This document shows, in pieces, positions 8,290 through 17,469 of a stretch of 51,802 nucleotides of DNA. Position 1 is the first letter of the stretch. Each line of letters opens with the position of its first letter. The notes beneath the pieces are model-generated. The model was given only the letters and a program-made list of their open reading frames with translations, did not search any database and was not told the origin of the DNA. The stretch is from the sequence record NC_031050.1; one strand, given 5' to 3'. Both the position numbers and the translations under genes were made by a program. The DNA is from Escherichia phage vB_EcoS_NBD2.

Positions 8290-8520
8290 ATGAAAAATAA
8301 CCCACTGGTGATGATTGTCCGCACAACCAACCGCGTAGAGCCTGACGCTCTGACGCTGAAAGAATGCGGTTTCAAGGTTGGCGATGTCGTTGAAATTGAT
8401 GGTTACTACCGCGACGGAACCGCGAGCACTCACGCAATTCGCGAAGGCCTGGGAATCCGCGTTGGCGACAATATCAGCCTTGAGAGTGACGAGTTTGTTA
8501 TTGTGGAGGGTTCCTTATGA
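8290..8520 (+). CDS. hypothetical protein
   Basis: 76-aa ORF, RBS ggagcagcaaaa, preceded by motif promoter. Confidence 0.5.
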   Translation: MKNNPLVMIVRTTNRVEPDALTLKECGFKVGDVVEIDGYYRDGTASTHAIREGLGIRVGDNISLESDEFVIVEGSL

Positions 8521-8822
8521 TCTGGCTTCACACTTACGGAATCGGCAAGTTCGGGCGCAAGATCCGAAAGAGCATTCACACCAGCGAGCAAGAGGCGCTG
8601 GATTCGCAAAAGGTTTTAGGCGGAACCGTCGAGCGATTCCATAGTGATGCAGACGTTGGCATTGAGAAGATGCACATCACCAACGCCATTAACGACGAAC
8701 TAAGCGAAATTATCGACGATTTCAGCAAGATTGATCCGGCGTTTTACGGCTCAAGCGGTTGGGATTGCAAGAAGTTGCGAGCAATTAACATGGTTAGCCA
8801 GATTATCGAAGGGGATTATTGA
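8517..8822 (+). CDS. hypothetical protein
   Basis: 101-aa ORF, ATGA overlap. Confidence 0.5.
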   Translation: MIWLHTYGIGKFGRKIRKSIHTSEQEALDSQKVLGGTVERFHSDADVGIEKMHITNAINDELSEIIDDFSKIDPAFYGSSGWDCKKLRAINMVSQIIEGDY

Positions 8823-9056
8823 ATGTTCGGACTTAGTGAAGCGCACTGGAACATTGTGAAAAGCCAGGCTCGAAAGCTGAATGAAGCGGTTAAGGCAATG
8901 CCTGAGAAAGACCGCAAAAATGATCGCCTAATGATTGAGGTGATCAGCAAGCACCACGAGCCGATCGCAACACTGATCGAGCGTTTAAAGTTCACCTGGA
9001 CGGCTGGCTACCTTGCTGGGCGAGTTGGAAACAAAACAAATGGAGATTATGAGTAA
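8823..9056 (+). CDS. hypothetical protein
   Basis: 77-aa ORF contiguous with upstream gene. Confidence 0.45.
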   Translation: MFGLSEAHWNIVKSQARKLNEAVKAMPEKDRKNDRLMIEVISKHHEPIATLIERLKFTWTAGYLAGRVGNKTNGDYE

Positions 9057-9262
9057 TGTTCACTCACTTACCGAAGAAGGGCGAAATCATCCGTTGTGAT
9101 TCAGTTGTTGGGGCAGCGCCGTTTATGGTTGGCGTGCAGTACACCGTTGAGCACATCGATCGCAAGTTAGGGCACGTTTACGTATACGGCGACGAGGGTA
9201 ACTTAGAAGCGATCGATTACCCTCATGACGCGTTACACGGAAAGTTTTCAAAAGTTAGTTGA
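9056..9262 (+). CDS. hypothetical protein
   Basis: 68-aa ORF, start overlapping upstream stop. Confidence 0.45.
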   Translation: MFTHLPKKGEIIRCDSVVGAAPFMVGVQYTVEHIDRKLGHVYVYGDEGNLEAIDYPHDALHGKFSKVS

Positions 9263-9358
9263 CGGCATCGGCTCTGATTGGTACATTAGAACCGTAGACG
9301 AAAGAGGCGCTTAGTCGCAACGGGCAGCACGATTGCTGCACTACAATTTACAGCGTCA

Positions 9359-9386
9359 TTGATGGCGCTTTCATTCGGGGCATAGT
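9359..9386 (+). promoter_or_regulatory. candidate promoter for tRNA (TTGATG-16-CATAGT)
   Basis: Hexamers 9359-9364 and 9381-9386, about 38 nt upstream of tRNA 5-prime end. Confidence 0.3.
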
Positions 9387-9423
9387 GGTAAGCCCGCCGT
9401 AGACCCGTAAGCGGCACAAATTC

Positions 9424-9511
9424 GGAAGGATGGCAGAGAGGACGATTGCGCGCGGTTGCTAACCGTGAAGCCGGAAACGGCTCAAGGGTTCGAATCCCTT
9501 TCTTTCCACCA
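9424..9511 (+). tRNA. tRNA-Ser (anticodon GCU), class II with long variable arm, CCA encoded
   Basis: Hand-folded cloverleaf: acceptor GGAAGGA/TCTTTCC (one G-U), U8, D-stem GCAG/TTGC, anticodon stem CGCGG/CCGTG, loop TTGCTAA (U33, GCT, A37), variable arm GCCG-gaaa-CGGC, T-arm AAGGG-TTCGAAT-CCCTT, discriminator A, CCA. Confidence 0.8.
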
Positions 9512-9524
9512 ATCAGAGGGTTAC

Positions 9525-9713
9525 ATGATGGTTTATTCTGTGAAGCTTACGATCCTGTTAATGGGCAGGACTTGCGCATCATGTAAGCAAGAATTCAGTT
9601 GCAGAGTTGAGGCCGAAAGCGAGCAAGACGCAGTGACGAAAGCAAAGGCACTTTCTGGAGCCGATCCAGATTTCAATAAATTTCTCGTTAACTATGTAAG
9701 GGCTAAAAAATGA
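9525..9713 (+). CDS. hypothetical protein
   Basis: ORF 9456..9713 trimmed to ATG 9525/9528 because the upstream part overlaps the tRNA; RBS agaggg. Confidence 0.45.
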   Translation: MMVYSVKLTILLMGRTCASCKQEFSCRVEAESEQDAVTKAKALSGADPDFNKFLVNYVRAKK

Positions 9714-9937
9714 ACGTAGCATTCTTCGTTTTCGGTTTTATCGTGGCGGTTGTCCTGGTGATGTGGCGATCCTTCAAGTGGGTTAAGGCCAAAGCCAGTA
9801 AGGGCGAATATGCCTCTGTTATCTACGATCCAGTAAAGAAAGAGTATCGCGTAACCGGACAGTATGCCGGACTAGCGCAAAAGCTGGCAGATATCAGGGC
9901 AGGCCGACAGCCTGGCGCTATTAAGTACGTTGATTGA
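9710..9937 (+). CDS. small membrane protein
   Basis: N-terminal hydrophobic helix MNVAFFVFGFIVAVVLVMW; followed by intrinsic terminator. Confidence 0.5.
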   Translation: MNVAFFVFGFIVAVVLVMWRSFKWVKAKASKGEYASVIYDPVKKEYRVTGQYAGLAQKLADIRAGRQPGAIKYVD

Positions 9938-9945
9938 TAAACTAA

Positions 9946-9967
9946 CCCGCTTCGGCGGGTTTTTTTA
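9946..9967 (+). terminator. intrinsic terminator (CCCGC-ttcg-GCGGG plus T7)
   Basis: GC stem with UUCG-type tetraloop and T-run 9960-9967 after the early region. Confidence 0.7.
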
Positions 9968-9969
9968 CG

Positions 9970-9987
9970 TCTGCAATCTGGTATAAT
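9970..9987 (+). promoter_or_regulatory. extended -10 promoter TGgTATAAT for late operon
   Basis: TG 9979-9980 and TATAAT 9982-9987, directly after terminator 9946-9967. Confidence 0.5.
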
Positions 9988-10021
9988 GCAACCCTATATT
10001 CACACAATGGAGGGCGGAGCC

Positions 10022-10567
10022 ATGTCACGCCATGAAGATGACGATCAGGACTACACGAGCAAGGCGCAGGAGAAAATTAAAACCGGAAACTTCAAAGCCC
10101 TGTACCTCAAGCAGTACGGCGATATTGCAAACCTCAATCACCGCCACAACTACACGCCGGAGCAGGTGTTTAACCTTGCTGTGCGCTATTTTACGTGGGC
10201 TGAGGAAAACGCTATTAAGGCGGCGGAAACAGCAGCTTTTCAGGGCATTGTTACTGAAAATTTAGTTCACAAGGTGCGCATATTTACGATCAATGGCCTT
10301 TCTCTTTTCACGTCGATCTCAAAGGGCGCTTTCTTGAAGTGGCGCAATGAGCCTGGTTTTTGTGACGTGATGGAGTTTATCGACGGCGTGATCCATGAGC
10401 AGAAATTCCAGCTTGCCGCCAACGGCATCATTAACGCTGGGTTTATCGGAAAAGATCTGGGCATCGACAAGCCAGCAGAGGTGAAGGTTGAAAACAACAA
10501 CACCCTAAGCGCGGTGACAACCGAAGAAGTGAAAGACGCGGTGCGGGATATTCTGGGGGAATTATGA
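10022..10567 (+). CDS. putative terminase small subunit
   Basis: Position immediately upstream of and overlapping terL; ORF 9986..10567 trimmed to ATG 10022 after RBS ggagggcggag; preceded by terminator plus TGgTATAAT promoter. Confidence 0.5.
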   Translation: MSRHEDDDQDYTSKAQEKIKTGNFKALYLKQYGDIANLNHRHNYTPEQVFNLAVRYFTWAEENAIKAAETAAFQGIVTENLVHKVRIFTINGLSLFTSISKGAFLKWRNEPGFCDVMEFIDGVIHEQKFQLAANGIINAGFIGKDLGIDKPAEVKVENNNTLSAVTTEEVKDAVRDILGEL

Positions 10568-12150
10568 TTCTATGGGAAGAGTTGAAGCCAGCGCAAAAGC
10601 TGGCAATCAAGGTGATGAGCGAATCATCTTTCGACAAGCTGATCAAGATCTGGTTCCAGTTGATGCAGGGGCAGAAGTTCCAGGGAAACTGGCACTTTAG
10701 CTTGATGTGCTGGAAGGTTGAGCAGATCATCAGGGGTGAGATTCAGAACGTTATTTTTAACGTCACTCCTGGCTCTGGTAAAACGGAAGTGTTTTCAATC
10801 CATACTCCGATTTACGGGATGATCAACAGCGACAAGGTGCGAAACCTCAACCTTTCGTTTTCTGACAGCCTCGTTAAAGACAACGGCACGCGCACGCGTG
10901 AGATCGTAGGTTCCGACGAGTTCCAGGAGTTATGGCCTACTAAGATCACCAAAGCCAGCGGCGGCGATATCACATCGCTAAACGACAAGGGCAAGGCATG
11001 GCTCACGCTAACATCACGAGCTATCGGCGGGCAGGTAACAGGTAAGCGCGGCGGCTACATGGATGCACCAGGCAAGCCCTGGAAGTTCAGCGGAATGTTG
11101 ATGCTTGATGACCCCGACAAGCCAAAAGATATGTATTCAGCAGTGAAGCGCAAGGCGGCGCACACCCTGCTAAAAAACACCGTTCGCTCACGTCGAATGA
11201 ATGACCGCACGCCGTGCGTAGTTGTGCAGCAGCGCCTACACGTCAACGATTCAACATGGTTTTTGATGAATGGCGGCTTAGGTGGCATTAAGTTTGAGCA
11301 AGTTGTGATCCCAGCGTTAGTGACGGAAGATTACGGCGATACGCTTCCTGATTGGTTGAAAGAAGAGTTTGATCGCGATGTGCTATCGTCCGAGCCTGTT
11401 TACATTGACGGCGTAGCGCACTACTCTTTTTGGCCTGCAAAGGAAAGCGCAGAAAGCTTGCTGGCTCTTCGTGAAGCGGATTTGTACACCTTCGAATCAC
11501 AGTACCAGCAGAAGCCGATCGCCCTGGGCGGAAACGCGTTTAAATCGGAATGGTTCCAGCATTACGGCGAGGGTGAGGGCGCAGACCTTCCGACGCCGGA
11601 CAAGTTCGAATACCTGTTTACAACGGCTGACACCGCGCAGAAAACAGACGAGATTCACGATTACACTGTATTCTGCTTGTGGGGCAAGTACAAAAACCGC
11701 GTTTATTTCATTGATGGCATTCGCGGGAAGTGGGAGGCACCAGACCTCGAAAAAATGGCGTTAGCATTCTATGCCGAATCATTCAGGAAAGCGAAGGAAA
11801 TGAAGGTTGCGATCCGAAAGATTTACATTGAGGACAAGGCGAGCGGCACGGGCTTGATTCAGGCAATCAAAAAGAAATTGCCGATCGACATTACGCCAGT
11901 GCAGCGCGATAGCGACAAAGTAACTCGCGCGATGGATGCGGCACCAATCATGAAGGCTGGGCGTTGCGTATTCCCTGAATCGCACCCAATGCTCACCGAA
12001 ATGGAAGCCGAGCTTGTGGCCTTCACGTTCGATGACAGTCACCCTCACGACGATATTGTTGATAACGTGGTTGATGCTGTTAACTTCGAAATGAACATGA
12101 TTGATGATCCGGTTGAGCGCATGAAGCGGCTGGCGGGTATGAAAAAATAG
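10564..12150 (+). CDS. terL: terminase large subunit
   Basis: 528 aa; N-terminal ATPase Walker A-like TPGSGKTE; size and position before portal. Confidence 0.8.
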   Translation: MILWEELKPAQKLAIKVMSESSFDKLIKIWFQLMQGQKFQGNWHFSLMCWKVEQIIRGEIQNVIFNVTPGSGKTEVFSIHTPIYGMINSDKVRNLNLSFSDSLVKDNGTRTREIVGSDEFQELWPTKITKASGGDITSLNDKGKAWLTLTSRAIGGQVTGKRGGYMDAPGKPWKFSGMLMLDDPDKPKDMYSAVKRKAAHTLLKNTVRSRRMNDRTPCVVVQQRLHVNDSTWFLMNGGLGGIKFEQVVIPALVTEDYGDTLPDWLKEEFDRDVLSSEPVYIDGVAHYSFWPAKESAESLLALREADLYTFESQYQQKPIALGGNAFKSEWFQHYGEGEGADLPTPDKFEYLFTTADTAQKTDEIHDYTVFCLWGKYKNRVYFIDGIRGKWEAPDLEKMALAFYAESFRKAKEMKVAIRKIYIEDKASGTGLIQAIKKKLPIDITPVQRDSDKVTRAMDAAPIMKAGRCVFPESHPMLTEMEAELVAFTFDDSHPHDDIVDNVVDAVNFEMNMIDDPVERMKRLAGMKK

Positions 12151-12159
12151 TTGTATACT

Positions 12160-12186
12160 GGCTGGGCTAATAACCCAGCCTTTTTT
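12160..12186 (+). terminator. intrinsic terminator or attenuator between terL and portal
   Basis: Stem GGCTGGG/CCCAGCC, loop ctaataa, T6. Confidence 0.5.
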
Positions 12187-12200
12187 ATGAGGAAAAAACA

Positions 12201-13523
12201 ATGAGTGCAAAAAACAAACAGCCCAACAAGGTTGTAAGGTCTGACTCATACGATCAGACGTTCAAGAGCGAGCAAACCGCAGGCTCATCAATCCTTACCA
12301 TGTACGATCTCACGCAGTTTTATATTGATGACCCGCTAGCGAGAAAGATTGTTGACGTAATCCCAGAGGAAATGGTTACGCCTGGCTTCGGTCTTGACGG
12401 CATCGCAGATGAGAAGGCCTTTAAATCAACATGGGACTCCCTTCACCTCAACGAGAAGATCATTGAAGCGCTTTGTTGGTCGCGTCTGTATGGCGGTTCC
12501 GCTATCGTCGCCGTTGTTCGCGATAATCGCGCGCTTACTTCACCGATCAGTGATTCAGGCGGCGTGCTTGAGTCGATTCGCGTTTACGAGAAAGACCAGG
12601 TGAAAGTTAAATCGAAGGAGCAGAACGCACGAAACCCGCGCTTTGGCCTTCCGAAGATTTACACCATCAACCCTGGCGACGGCGTGAGCGAATACGATAT
12701 TCATTATTCGCGCCTGTACGTGTTTGACGGCTCGCGAATCCCTGATTCAATCCGCAGACAAAATAACGGCTGGGGCGTTACGGTCTTGAGCAAGAAGCTT
12801 GTTGAATCCATCCAGGATTACAACTATTGCGAAGAGTTGGCGACGCAGCTTTTGCGACGTAAGCAGCAGGGCGTTTGGAAGGCTCGCGGCCTGGCGGATT
12901 TGTGCGATGATGATGAGGGGCGTTTCGCGGCTCGCATCCGGCTTGCACAGGTTGACGATAACAGCGGCGTTGGGCGATCGATCGGGATTGATGCAACGGA
13001 CGAGGAATACGAGGTTTTAAACTCCGATATCAGCGGCGTAGATACCTTCCTTGATAAGAAGATGGATCGCATCGTGAACTATTCCGGCATCCATGAAATC
13101 ATCCTGAAAAACAAAAACGTTGGCGGTGTTTCATCAAGCCAAAACACAGCGCTTGAAACGTTTTACAAGCTAATTGACCGCCGCCGCAACGAAATTTACC
13201 GCCCATTCCTAGAATGGATTATTCCATTTATTATTTCGGATAAGGAATGGAATATTCGCTTTGAGCCGCTATCGGTTCCGAGCGAGAAAGACCAGGCCGA
13301 AACCTTCGGCAAGTACGCCAGCGCAATTAAGGATCTGGTTACTGAGCAGGTTGTTGATCCAGACGAGGCGCGCGATACGCTTGAGGCAGTATCGGACGTG
13401 TTGAAGTTGAAGGCCGGAAGCCCTAAACTACCGCCACGAGATCCGAAGGCAAACGCGCAGGGAAATGATCCTGCATCAATCACACCAGAAGGAAAAAACA
13501 ATGAAGGTGAAACGGATAGTTAA
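12201..13523 (+). CDS. portal protein
   Basis: 440 aa directly after terL, before head morphogenesis genes; RBS gaggaaaaaaca. Confidence 0.7.
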   Translation: MSAKNKQPNKVVRSDSYDQTFKSEQTAGSSILTMYDLTQFYIDDPLARKIVDVIPEEMVTPGFGLDGIADEKAFKSTWDSLHLNEKIIEALCWSRLYGGSAIVAVVRDNRALTSPISDSGGVLESIRVYEKDQVKVKSKEQNARNPRFGLPKIYTINPGDGVSEYDIHYSRLYVFDGSRIPDSIRRQNNGWGVTVLSKKLVESIQDYNYCEELATQLLRRKQQGVWKARGLADLCDDDEGRFAARIRLAQVDDNSGVGRSIGIDATDEEYEVLNSDISGVDTFLDKKMDRIVNYSGIHEIILKNKNVGGVSSSQNTALETFYKLIDRRRNEIYRPFLEWIIPFIISDKEWNIRFEPLSVPSEKDQAETFGKYASAIKDLVTEQVVDPDEARDTLEAVSDVLKLKAGSPKLPPRDPKANAQGNDPASITPEGKNNEGETDS

Positions 13524-14256
13524 AGCGTGGCGCTATCCCGAAGCGAGTGAGCGGCAATTAGGCCGCTCTCTTTCAGAGTTCGCGAGCGATCTGGTTGTTT
13601 TCGCTCGTGACAAGCTGGATGGGATGAAGTTCGACGCTTCCGACGCGGAAATCAATATTGCAGAAAAAGAGCTTGAAGATTACGCAGCAGAATTGCTGGC
13701 GGCTCTGGCGATGGCTCTTCCTGCATTGGCGTTGCAGATCTACAAGTTCAATTCAAAGCAGTGGTATCTTGTGGCGGTATCGGCTGGCGGTTCGAAAAAT
13801 GAAGCGGTTGCGCTTCTGGATCTGTTAGGAGCTAACGCTAACGAGCCGTGGTATCAGGAGAAGCAGCAGCAATGGCTATCACTGACGGAAGCCAGTTACC
13901 GCAAATTAGCAAATGACATTATCGCTGATTGGTCGCAGAACGTAAGGCGTGCAAACATCCAGGCCAAAGGCCGTGACTATGTAGACGAAGTGATTGAGCA
14001 GCGTTACAAGGTTTACACTGGCTGGAGCTACAACAGATCGCGCGGAATCGTCGCTACATGGAACAGCATTCTAATGCGTCAACGCCTTGAAGATGCGGGC
14101 GTGACTCACTACCTCTGGCGTGGTAAACTTGACGAGCGCGAGCGATTAAAGCACTTGCGATGGGAAGGCAAGCGAATTGGCGTTGATAGCGATCACATCT
14201 TCCCTGGCGAAGAATATGGCTGCCGATGCTGGGCAGAGCCGGACTTTACAACTTAA
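13501..14256 (+). CDS. head morphogenesis protein (Mu F-like minor head protein)
   Basis: Position after portal; ORF 13465..14256 trimmed to ATG 13501 (RBS gaagga); overlaps portal 3-prime end. Confidence 0.5.
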   Translation: MKVKRIVKAWRYPEASERQLGRSLSEFASDLVVFARDKLDGMKFDASDAEINIAEKELEDYAAELLAALAMALPALALQIYKFNSKQWYLVAVSAGGSKNEAVALLDLLGANANEPWYQEKQQQWLSLTEASYRKLANDIIADWSQNVRRANIQAKGRDYVDEVIEQRYKVYTGWSYNRSRGIVATWNSILMRQRLEDAGVTHYLWRGKLDERERLKHLRWEGKRIGVDSDHIFPGEEYGCRCWAEPDFTT

Positions 14257-14267
14257 AGGAAATAAAA

Positions 14268-15374
14268 ATGAAACAACGTTTCGATTATATCATGTTAAAG
14301 GCGCATAAGGATGAACACGGGTTTCTCGTTGATACTCCGGTTGTCGCCCGCGTTGGCCTGCAAGAATACACCTTGCCAGATGGAACAATTCAGCGAGAAT
14401 TCCGCCCGCGTCACGAGGTTTTCGCCTGGGATTCACTGGAAAGCTATCGCGGGAAATCAATCACTCTAGGGCACGTTGTAGTAACCCCAGAGAACGCAAA
14501 AAAGGTTACGGTTGGTAACTGCTCCGGCGCGGCGTTTGGCGAAGAGGCAGAAGGGAAGGTGCGCTGCCCCGTCACAATCATGGATGAAAAAGCCATTGAT
14601 GCGGCGGAAAGCGGGAAGGCACCAGAGCTTTCGGTTGGTTATACCGTTGTAGAAATCCATGAAAGCGGCTGGGGTTCAAACCAATCAGGCGAATATATTT
14701 TCAAGCGCGATATGCCGGATGATTATGTGATCCCGTCCGATTGGGTTGAGTTCGACGTTTTGCAAACCCAGATCAGGGTTAACCATTTGGCGATGGTAAA
14801 GAAAGGGCGTGCAGGCGTTGCCAGATTAAACCTTGACGGCTCCGAGGAAATCAAATATGATGAGCCTGTCATTAATTCAAACGAAGAGGATAAACCCATG
14901 TTAGTTAAAATTAAGATCGACTCCGCAGAAGTGGAAGTGTCCAAAGACGTAGCCGACCACATCGCAAAGCAGGACGCAGCAATTGCCGCACATCCTGGTG
15001 CGCTGGCTAAAATTGAGGCAGAGCGTGACGCGTTGCAGGTTAAAGTTGACGGCATCCCCGCCGAAATCGAAAAAGCAGTTGCCGCAGAAAAAACCAAAGC
15101 CGACGAAGCCGCCGCGATCGTACTGATTGCCACGGAAGCTGGCATTAAGTGTGACGGCCTGGACAGCAAAGGCATTAAAGTTGCCTTCATCAAGGAAGTG
15201 CTTGGAATCGACGCAAAAGATAAATCTGACGCTTACGTTGATCAGTCGTTTGAAATCGCCAAAGATTCTGATAAGATGGCACAGAATCGCGCGAAAGTTC
15301 ACGGAGACAGCGCAGAAGAGCGCAACGACGCGGCAAATGACCTGCCAGATCCGCAAGCACGCTTCCGTAAGTAA
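14268..15374 (+). CDS. putative prohead scaffolding or protease protein
   Basis: Between MuF-like gene and capsid gene; C-terminal third is Ala/Glu/Lys-rich coiled-coil-like, typical of scaffolds; ATG 14268 with RBS aaagga. Confidence 0.45.
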   Translation: MKQRFDYIMLKAHKDEHGFLVDTPVVARVGLQEYTLPDGTIQREFRPRHEVFAWDSLESYRGKSITLGHVVVTPENAKKVTVGNCSGAAFGEEAEGKVRCPVTIMDEKAIDAAESGKAPELSVGYTVVEIHESGWGSNQSGEYIFKRDMPDDYVIPSDWVEFDVLQTQIRVNHLAMVKKGRAGVARLNLDGSEEIKYDEPVINSNEEDKPMLVKIKIDSAEVEVSKDVADHIAKQDAAIAAHPGALAKIEAERDALQVKVDGIPAEIEKAVAAEKTKADEAAAIVLIATEAGIKCDGLDSKGIKVAFIKEVLGIDAKDKSDAYVDQSFEIAKDSDKMAQNRAKVHGDSAEERNDAANDLPDPQARFRK

Positions 15375-15384
15375 TATCGAAACC

Positions 15385-15405
15385 GCGCCTTTCGGGGCGC
15401 TTTAA
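15385..15405 (+). terminator. weak terminator-like hairpin
   Basis: Stem GCGCC/GGCGC followed by only TTT. Confidence 0.3.
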
Positions 15406-15433
15406 AATCTATCAAGAAAAAGGAAATAACATC

Positions 15434-15967
15434 ATGGCACTTATCAAAGCATCCTGGACTGTACGCCGTTCCAAAGCATATGCGGGCATGACTCCGGCTG
15501 ATACCTCTCTTTATAACATCGACGGCACTTGCTGCGCTGGCGTGCCAAACCTGAAAGCGGGTGTAATCGTGGCGCTGGACGCAACGCAAAAAGTCGTTGA
15601 CGGTCACAAAGTAGTTACCAACGTGATCGACACTGGCTCGGCAAACCCTAAGCTGGTTGGCGCAACAATCATGTCTCACGCGTACTCGCCGGAAGGTGTT
15701 TACGATGAAGGTTCGGCGGTTAACGTCATGACTCACGGTCGCGCCTGGGTTCTGTGTAAAAAAGACCTCACCGACGAAAACAAAGAGTTTGGCAACCAGG
15801 TCTTTGTTGACGCTGACGGCATCGTTTCAAACTCCGGCGCTGGCGTGATTGGTACTGTTTACACCGCAACTGGCGAATGGTTCAAAACTGACGATGCGAA
15901 TTACGATATCGTCAAGATCCAGATCACCCAAGCGCAATTCCAGCTACCAGCAGCGGGCGGCGCGTAA
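15434..15967 (+). CDS. putative capsid-associated structural protein
   Basis: 177-aa ORF between scaffold-like gene and major capsid gene; RBS aaaaagga; bracketed by terminators. Confidence 0.4.
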   Translation: MALIKASWTVRRSKAYAGMTPADTSLYNIDGTCCAGVPNLKAGVIVALDATQKVVDGHKVVTNVIDTGSANPKLVGATIMSHAYSPEGVYDEGSAVNVMTHGRAWVLCKKDLTDENKEFGNQVFVDADGIVSNSGAGVIGTVYTATGEWFKTDDANYDIVKIQITQAQFQLPAAGGA

Positions 15968-15974
15968 TCCGAAA

Positions 15975-15996
15975 GGAGCCGAAAGGCTCCTTTTTT
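15975..15996 (+). terminator. intrinsic terminator (GGAGCC-gaaa-GGCTCC plus T6)
   Basis: Perfect 6-bp GC-rich stem, GNRA loop, T-run. Confidence 0.7.
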
Positions 15997-16017
15997 ATTA
16001 GCTATCACAAAATCTTG

Positions 16018-16045
16018 TTGACCGTTTAGCAAAAAGTGCTATTAT
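16018..16045 (+). promoter_or_regulatory. strong promoter for major capsid gene (TTGACC-16-TGcTATTAT); contains motif dyad in inverse orientation
   Basis: -35 16018-16023, TG 16037-16038, -10 16040-16045; TAGCA-aaaag-TGCTA at 16027-16041. Confidence 0.6.
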
Positions 16046-16087
16046 GAACGCGTGAACTAATCACTTCAAACAACAAAGGAAATCATC

Positions 16088-17041
16088 ATGACTATGAAAC
16101 TTGATTCATTCGAGAAGAACGAAATCACCCACGGCCTCCGCAAAATGGGCGTTTCGGCAAGTAAGGCAGACGGCCTGGGCATCTGGACTGTAGAGCAGAT
16201 GAAGCAGACCTTAAAGCGCCAGTACGAAGCCGCTTACCCTGAAACCTCCGCGCTGGCGTTGTTCCCTGTAACAACCGAGCTTGCGCCAACAACCCGCATC
16301 TTCGAATATATGAAATTCGATGGCGTGACGATGGCAAAGATTATCGCGGATTATACCGATGACCTGCCAACCGTTGACGCAACGCACAGCCTGGAAACTG
16401 GCCGCGTGCATCGCCTGGGTAACGCATGGTTGATTTCCATTGACGAAATCAAAACAGGTCAAGCGCTGGGCACTAGCCTTTCCGACCGCAAAGCGTCACT
16501 GGCTCGCGAAGGCCATGAATCATTGGTTAATGAACTGGTGTTCCAGGGTTCCAAGCCTCACAAAATTCTATCTGTATTTGATCACCCAAACATCACCCGC
16601 GTAACCTCTGCGGCTGGCGCATGGGCTGACCCTGAGAAGGCATCAGACGAACTGGAAGATCTGATCGCGAAGATGGAAGAGCTTACCAAAGGCAAGCACA
16701 AGATCACCGACATCGTGATCCCGCCGTCGCAGCGTAAATTGCTGGCAAAACGTATGCCTGAAACCACGATGAGCTATTTGCAGTGGTTCGAGTCTCAAAA
16801 CTCCGGCATCACGATTTCTTCAATCTCCGAGCTTGAAGATATCGACGGCATCGGCACTAAAGCTGTACTGGCTTATGAAAAAGATCCGCTCAACATGAGC
16901 ATTGAGATCCCAGAAGCCTTTAACATGCTGCCAATGCAGGCAAAAGATCTGCACTTTAAAGTTCCGTGTACTTCCAAAGCAACTGGCCTGATCGTTTATC
17001 GCCCTCTGACGATTATCATGCTGGTTGGCGTAGGTAAGTAA
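16088..17041 (+). CDS. major capsid protein
   Basis: 317 aa; strong promoter (TTGACC-16-TGcTATTAT), strong RBS aaaggaaatcatc, followed by strong terminator; position in head module. Confidence 0.65.
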   Translation: MTMKLDSFEKNEITHGLRKMGVSASKADGLGIWTVEQMKQTLKRQYEAAYPETSALALFPVTTELAPTTRIFEYMKFDGVTMAKIIADYTDDLPTVDATHSLETGRVHRLGNAWLISIDEIKTGQALGTSLSDRKASLAREGHESLVNELVFQGSKPHKILSVFDHPNITRVTSAAGAWADPEKASDELEDLIAKMEELTKGKHKITDIVIPPSQRKLLAKRMPETTMSYLQWFESQNSGITISSISELEDIDGIGTKAVLAYEKDPLNMSIEIPEAFNMLPMQAKDLHFKVPCTSKATGLIVYRPLTIIMLVGVGK

Positions 17042-17046
17042 TCCGA

Positions 17047-17075
17047 AGCCCCTGATTAATTTCAGGGGCTTTTTT
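17047..17075 (+). terminator. intrinsic terminator after major capsid gene
   Basis: 9-bp stem AGCCCCTGA/TCAGGGGCT plus T5. Confidence 0.7.
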
Positions 17076-17076
17076 G

Positions 17077-17105
17077 TTGACACGAGCGGCACCAGAGATT
17101 ATATT
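17077..17105 (+). promoter_or_regulatory. sigma70-like promoter TTGACA-17-TATATT
   Basis: Hexamers 17077-17082 and 17100-17105. Confidence 0.55.
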
Positions 17106-17150
17106 GAAGCCCTCAAGCAGTTAATTAACCAACCAAAGGAAATCTAAATC

Positions 17151-17417
17151 ATGGCTACTGAAAAACTCATTAAGCTGGAAAACTGCGGCGCTTGCCTCAT
17201 CCGTATCGGCAAGGTTGACGTTGCGCCAGAGGGTAAATTTGAAGTCACCGAAGAGCAGTTAAATTCCCAGGGTATCAAGTACCTCTTCAACCGCGAAGAA
17301 GTGCAGTTTGAGGATAACCCCAAACGAACCCGCGAATTCCTCGCGAAGATTCGCGAAAAGAAAAAGCCCGTCGTTGAAAAATCACTGGCAGAACGCGAAG
17401 AAGGCGGTATCGTCTAA
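17151..17417 (+). CDS. hypothetical protein with its own promoter and terminator (possible decoration or head protein)
   Basis: 88-aa ORF flanked by TTGACA-17-TATATT promoter and an intrinsic terminator. Confidence 0.5.
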   Translation: MATEKLIKLENCGACLIRIGKVDVAPEGKFEVTEEQLNSQGIKYLFNREEVQFEDNPKRTREFLAKIREKKKPVVEKSLAEREEGGIV

Positions 17418-17426
17418 AACCTTCCA

Positions 17427-17452
17427 GGGGCGCTTATGCGCTCCTTTTTTTT
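17427..17452 (+). terminator. intrinsic terminator
   Basis: Stem GGGGCGC/GCGCTCC (one G-U) plus T8. Confidence 0.65.
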
Positions 17453-17469
17453 AACTTGAGGAATTAATC

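Noticed and set aside
9262-9423. A second tRNA upstream of tRNA-Ser
   Set aside because: No T-loop consensus or cloverleaf could be folded; the region contains only a dyad variant and a possible promoter.
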